A stretch of DNA of 64,000 nucleotides from Octopus sinensis (Eukaryota): positions 62,372,001 to 62,436,000 of the forward strand of contig NC_043002.1 of NCBI RefSeq assembly GCF_006345805.1, read 5' to 3'. Shown piece after piece: positions 62,745-64,000 of this stretch (its first letter is position 1; every line of letters starts with the position of its first letter). A program made the translations under genes and the position numbers. Under the pieces are notes generated by a model. The model saw only the letters and a program-made list of their open reading frames with translations, was not told the DNA's origin and made no database searches.

Positions 62745-63295
62745 TTCCGATTAAACAATATCCGAGCTGCTGCTATAGAAAGTGAGCTAAGCACATAAAT
62801 TCCACATTTGATCGCCTGTGAAGTAAGCACCTTCTGAGGCCACACAATTTATCTAGCATTGTTCCCATCAATGGAAGGATTCCTGGAGCTGTTTTTGAGT
62901 TTGCAAGCATCTGCCATCTGCCTCATTATGTTCTCTTGGATATCCTCGACGTCATGAAATCTTCCTTTCAAGTGGGATTTGGTTTTTGCCTTAGTTTCGG
63001 GATCATAGCCACAGGTCCACAATTCATCACTTTACATCACTGTTTACAAAACGTGGTCCTTTTCCTCGATGCAGTCAAAGAGATCTTGCTCAGCTGCAAA
63101 TTGATCTTATTTTTGAGACGACTACACTCTACATACTTTACTTCCAAGCACAACTATAAACAGCAGTAGTGAGAAAGCACGTTACAACTTCGTGTGCGAC
63201 AGACTTCAAGAGCAATCTGTACCGAACGACTTCACACTGCATACTCTAGGTCTGTTACCATAGCAACAGTCGCGATATTTTTTGACCAGATCTCG
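62745..63295 (-). mobile_element. Internally deleted mariner relic
   Basis: Minus strand DELWTCGYDPETKA is fused directly to KSHLKGRFHDVEDIQ, then CVASEGAYFTGD. TIR TA|CGAGATCTGGTCAAAAAATATCGCGACTG at the right end; the left end is uncertain. Confidence 0.75.
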
Positions 63296-63499
63296 TATTT
63301 AATAAAAATGTTTTGGAGCAATTGCCAATCCGAATCAGTTTAACAATTTTAATCAACGAAGCACTACTTAGCTTTCGTTACTTGATTCAGAGGTACTTAA
63401 TTATTTAAAATGCTAACATACACGAACATGTGTTAAAATATTCTTCCAAACAACGGAATCAATTCGTAAATGATATAATTTGTACCAGCACACATTAAT

Positions 63500-64000
63500 A
63501 TCTTAGAGAAACGTTTCTAGAATTTTCTGCATTGTTGGATTCCTCCCTGTTAAAAGGGTTGTATAAGCACTTAAGGATAGAGCAGGCTATTTCGATATCG
63601 CATTGTCTAAGCTTGAATGGAAAGGAAGATTTTACGGTGGCTTTTAACCTGTTCAGCGGAATAGAGAGCATTTTAAATGAAATGAGCATGAGTGTGTACA
63701 GAATGATGGGGTCCATGATATTATAAACTGTCAACGGATAAACATCTGTCAAGTTCGGGACAGGGATAATTAACAGTTTCAAGAAATCGGGTTGAGAGTA
63801 AATGTCGAAGTTAACATTATGGAATGTAAAGTTTGTAAAGCAATCACATAAAATCTAAATGGTACAATATATGAGAACCTTCCAGAGCAGGCATACACAG
63901 GTAATCTCCGACTTCACATATCAACATACGAAACACCGTTGAAGTCACAAGTGGGGGGAGACAAAGAAGCACTTATACACATCATCCTTCTCTCAATAAT
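63500..64000 (+). mobile_element. Decayed Penelope-like reverse transcriptase fragment
   Basis: A frameshifted YRxDG-like motif followed by IINSFKKSGLRVNVEVN and NLNGTIY resembles the PLE RT segment YRDDG...IxxxFxxxGxxI...V.FLDVxxxLxxG. Confidence 0.45.

Overview
This is AT-rich, repeat-dense eukaryotic DNA, not prokaryotic. It has no operons, rRNA or CRISPR arrays. The SINE families and the extreme (TA)n/(CA)n/(TAA)n load suggest a coleoid cephalopod, probably Octopus (inference). Recognisable protein-coding sequence is transposon-derived: a near-complete IR-DR Tc1 element with one frameshift (12863-14485), mariner/maT relics and MITEs, a hAT MITE, a decayed ~2.9 kb R4/Dong-type non-LTR element ending in (TAA)n, and CR1-, Tx1-, RTE- and Penelope-like fragments. 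At least five tRNA-derived SINE families are present (CORE-like, Nin/Deu-like, V-like, Meta-like, and a tRNA-head/(AAT)n/hammerhead composite). A 100-N gap lies at 44118-44217. No host gene can be named. A few splice-bounded open frames are only low-confidence exon candidates. The most interesting signals are: (i) a recurrent composite retroelement joining a Pol III tRNA head to a minimal hammerhead-ribozyme, Penelope-type tail; (ii) further minimal hammerhead motifs; (iii) a SINE/CR1-LINE pair sharing a covarying 3' stem-loop; (iv) headless SINE concatemers; (v) two long near-perfect hairpins.
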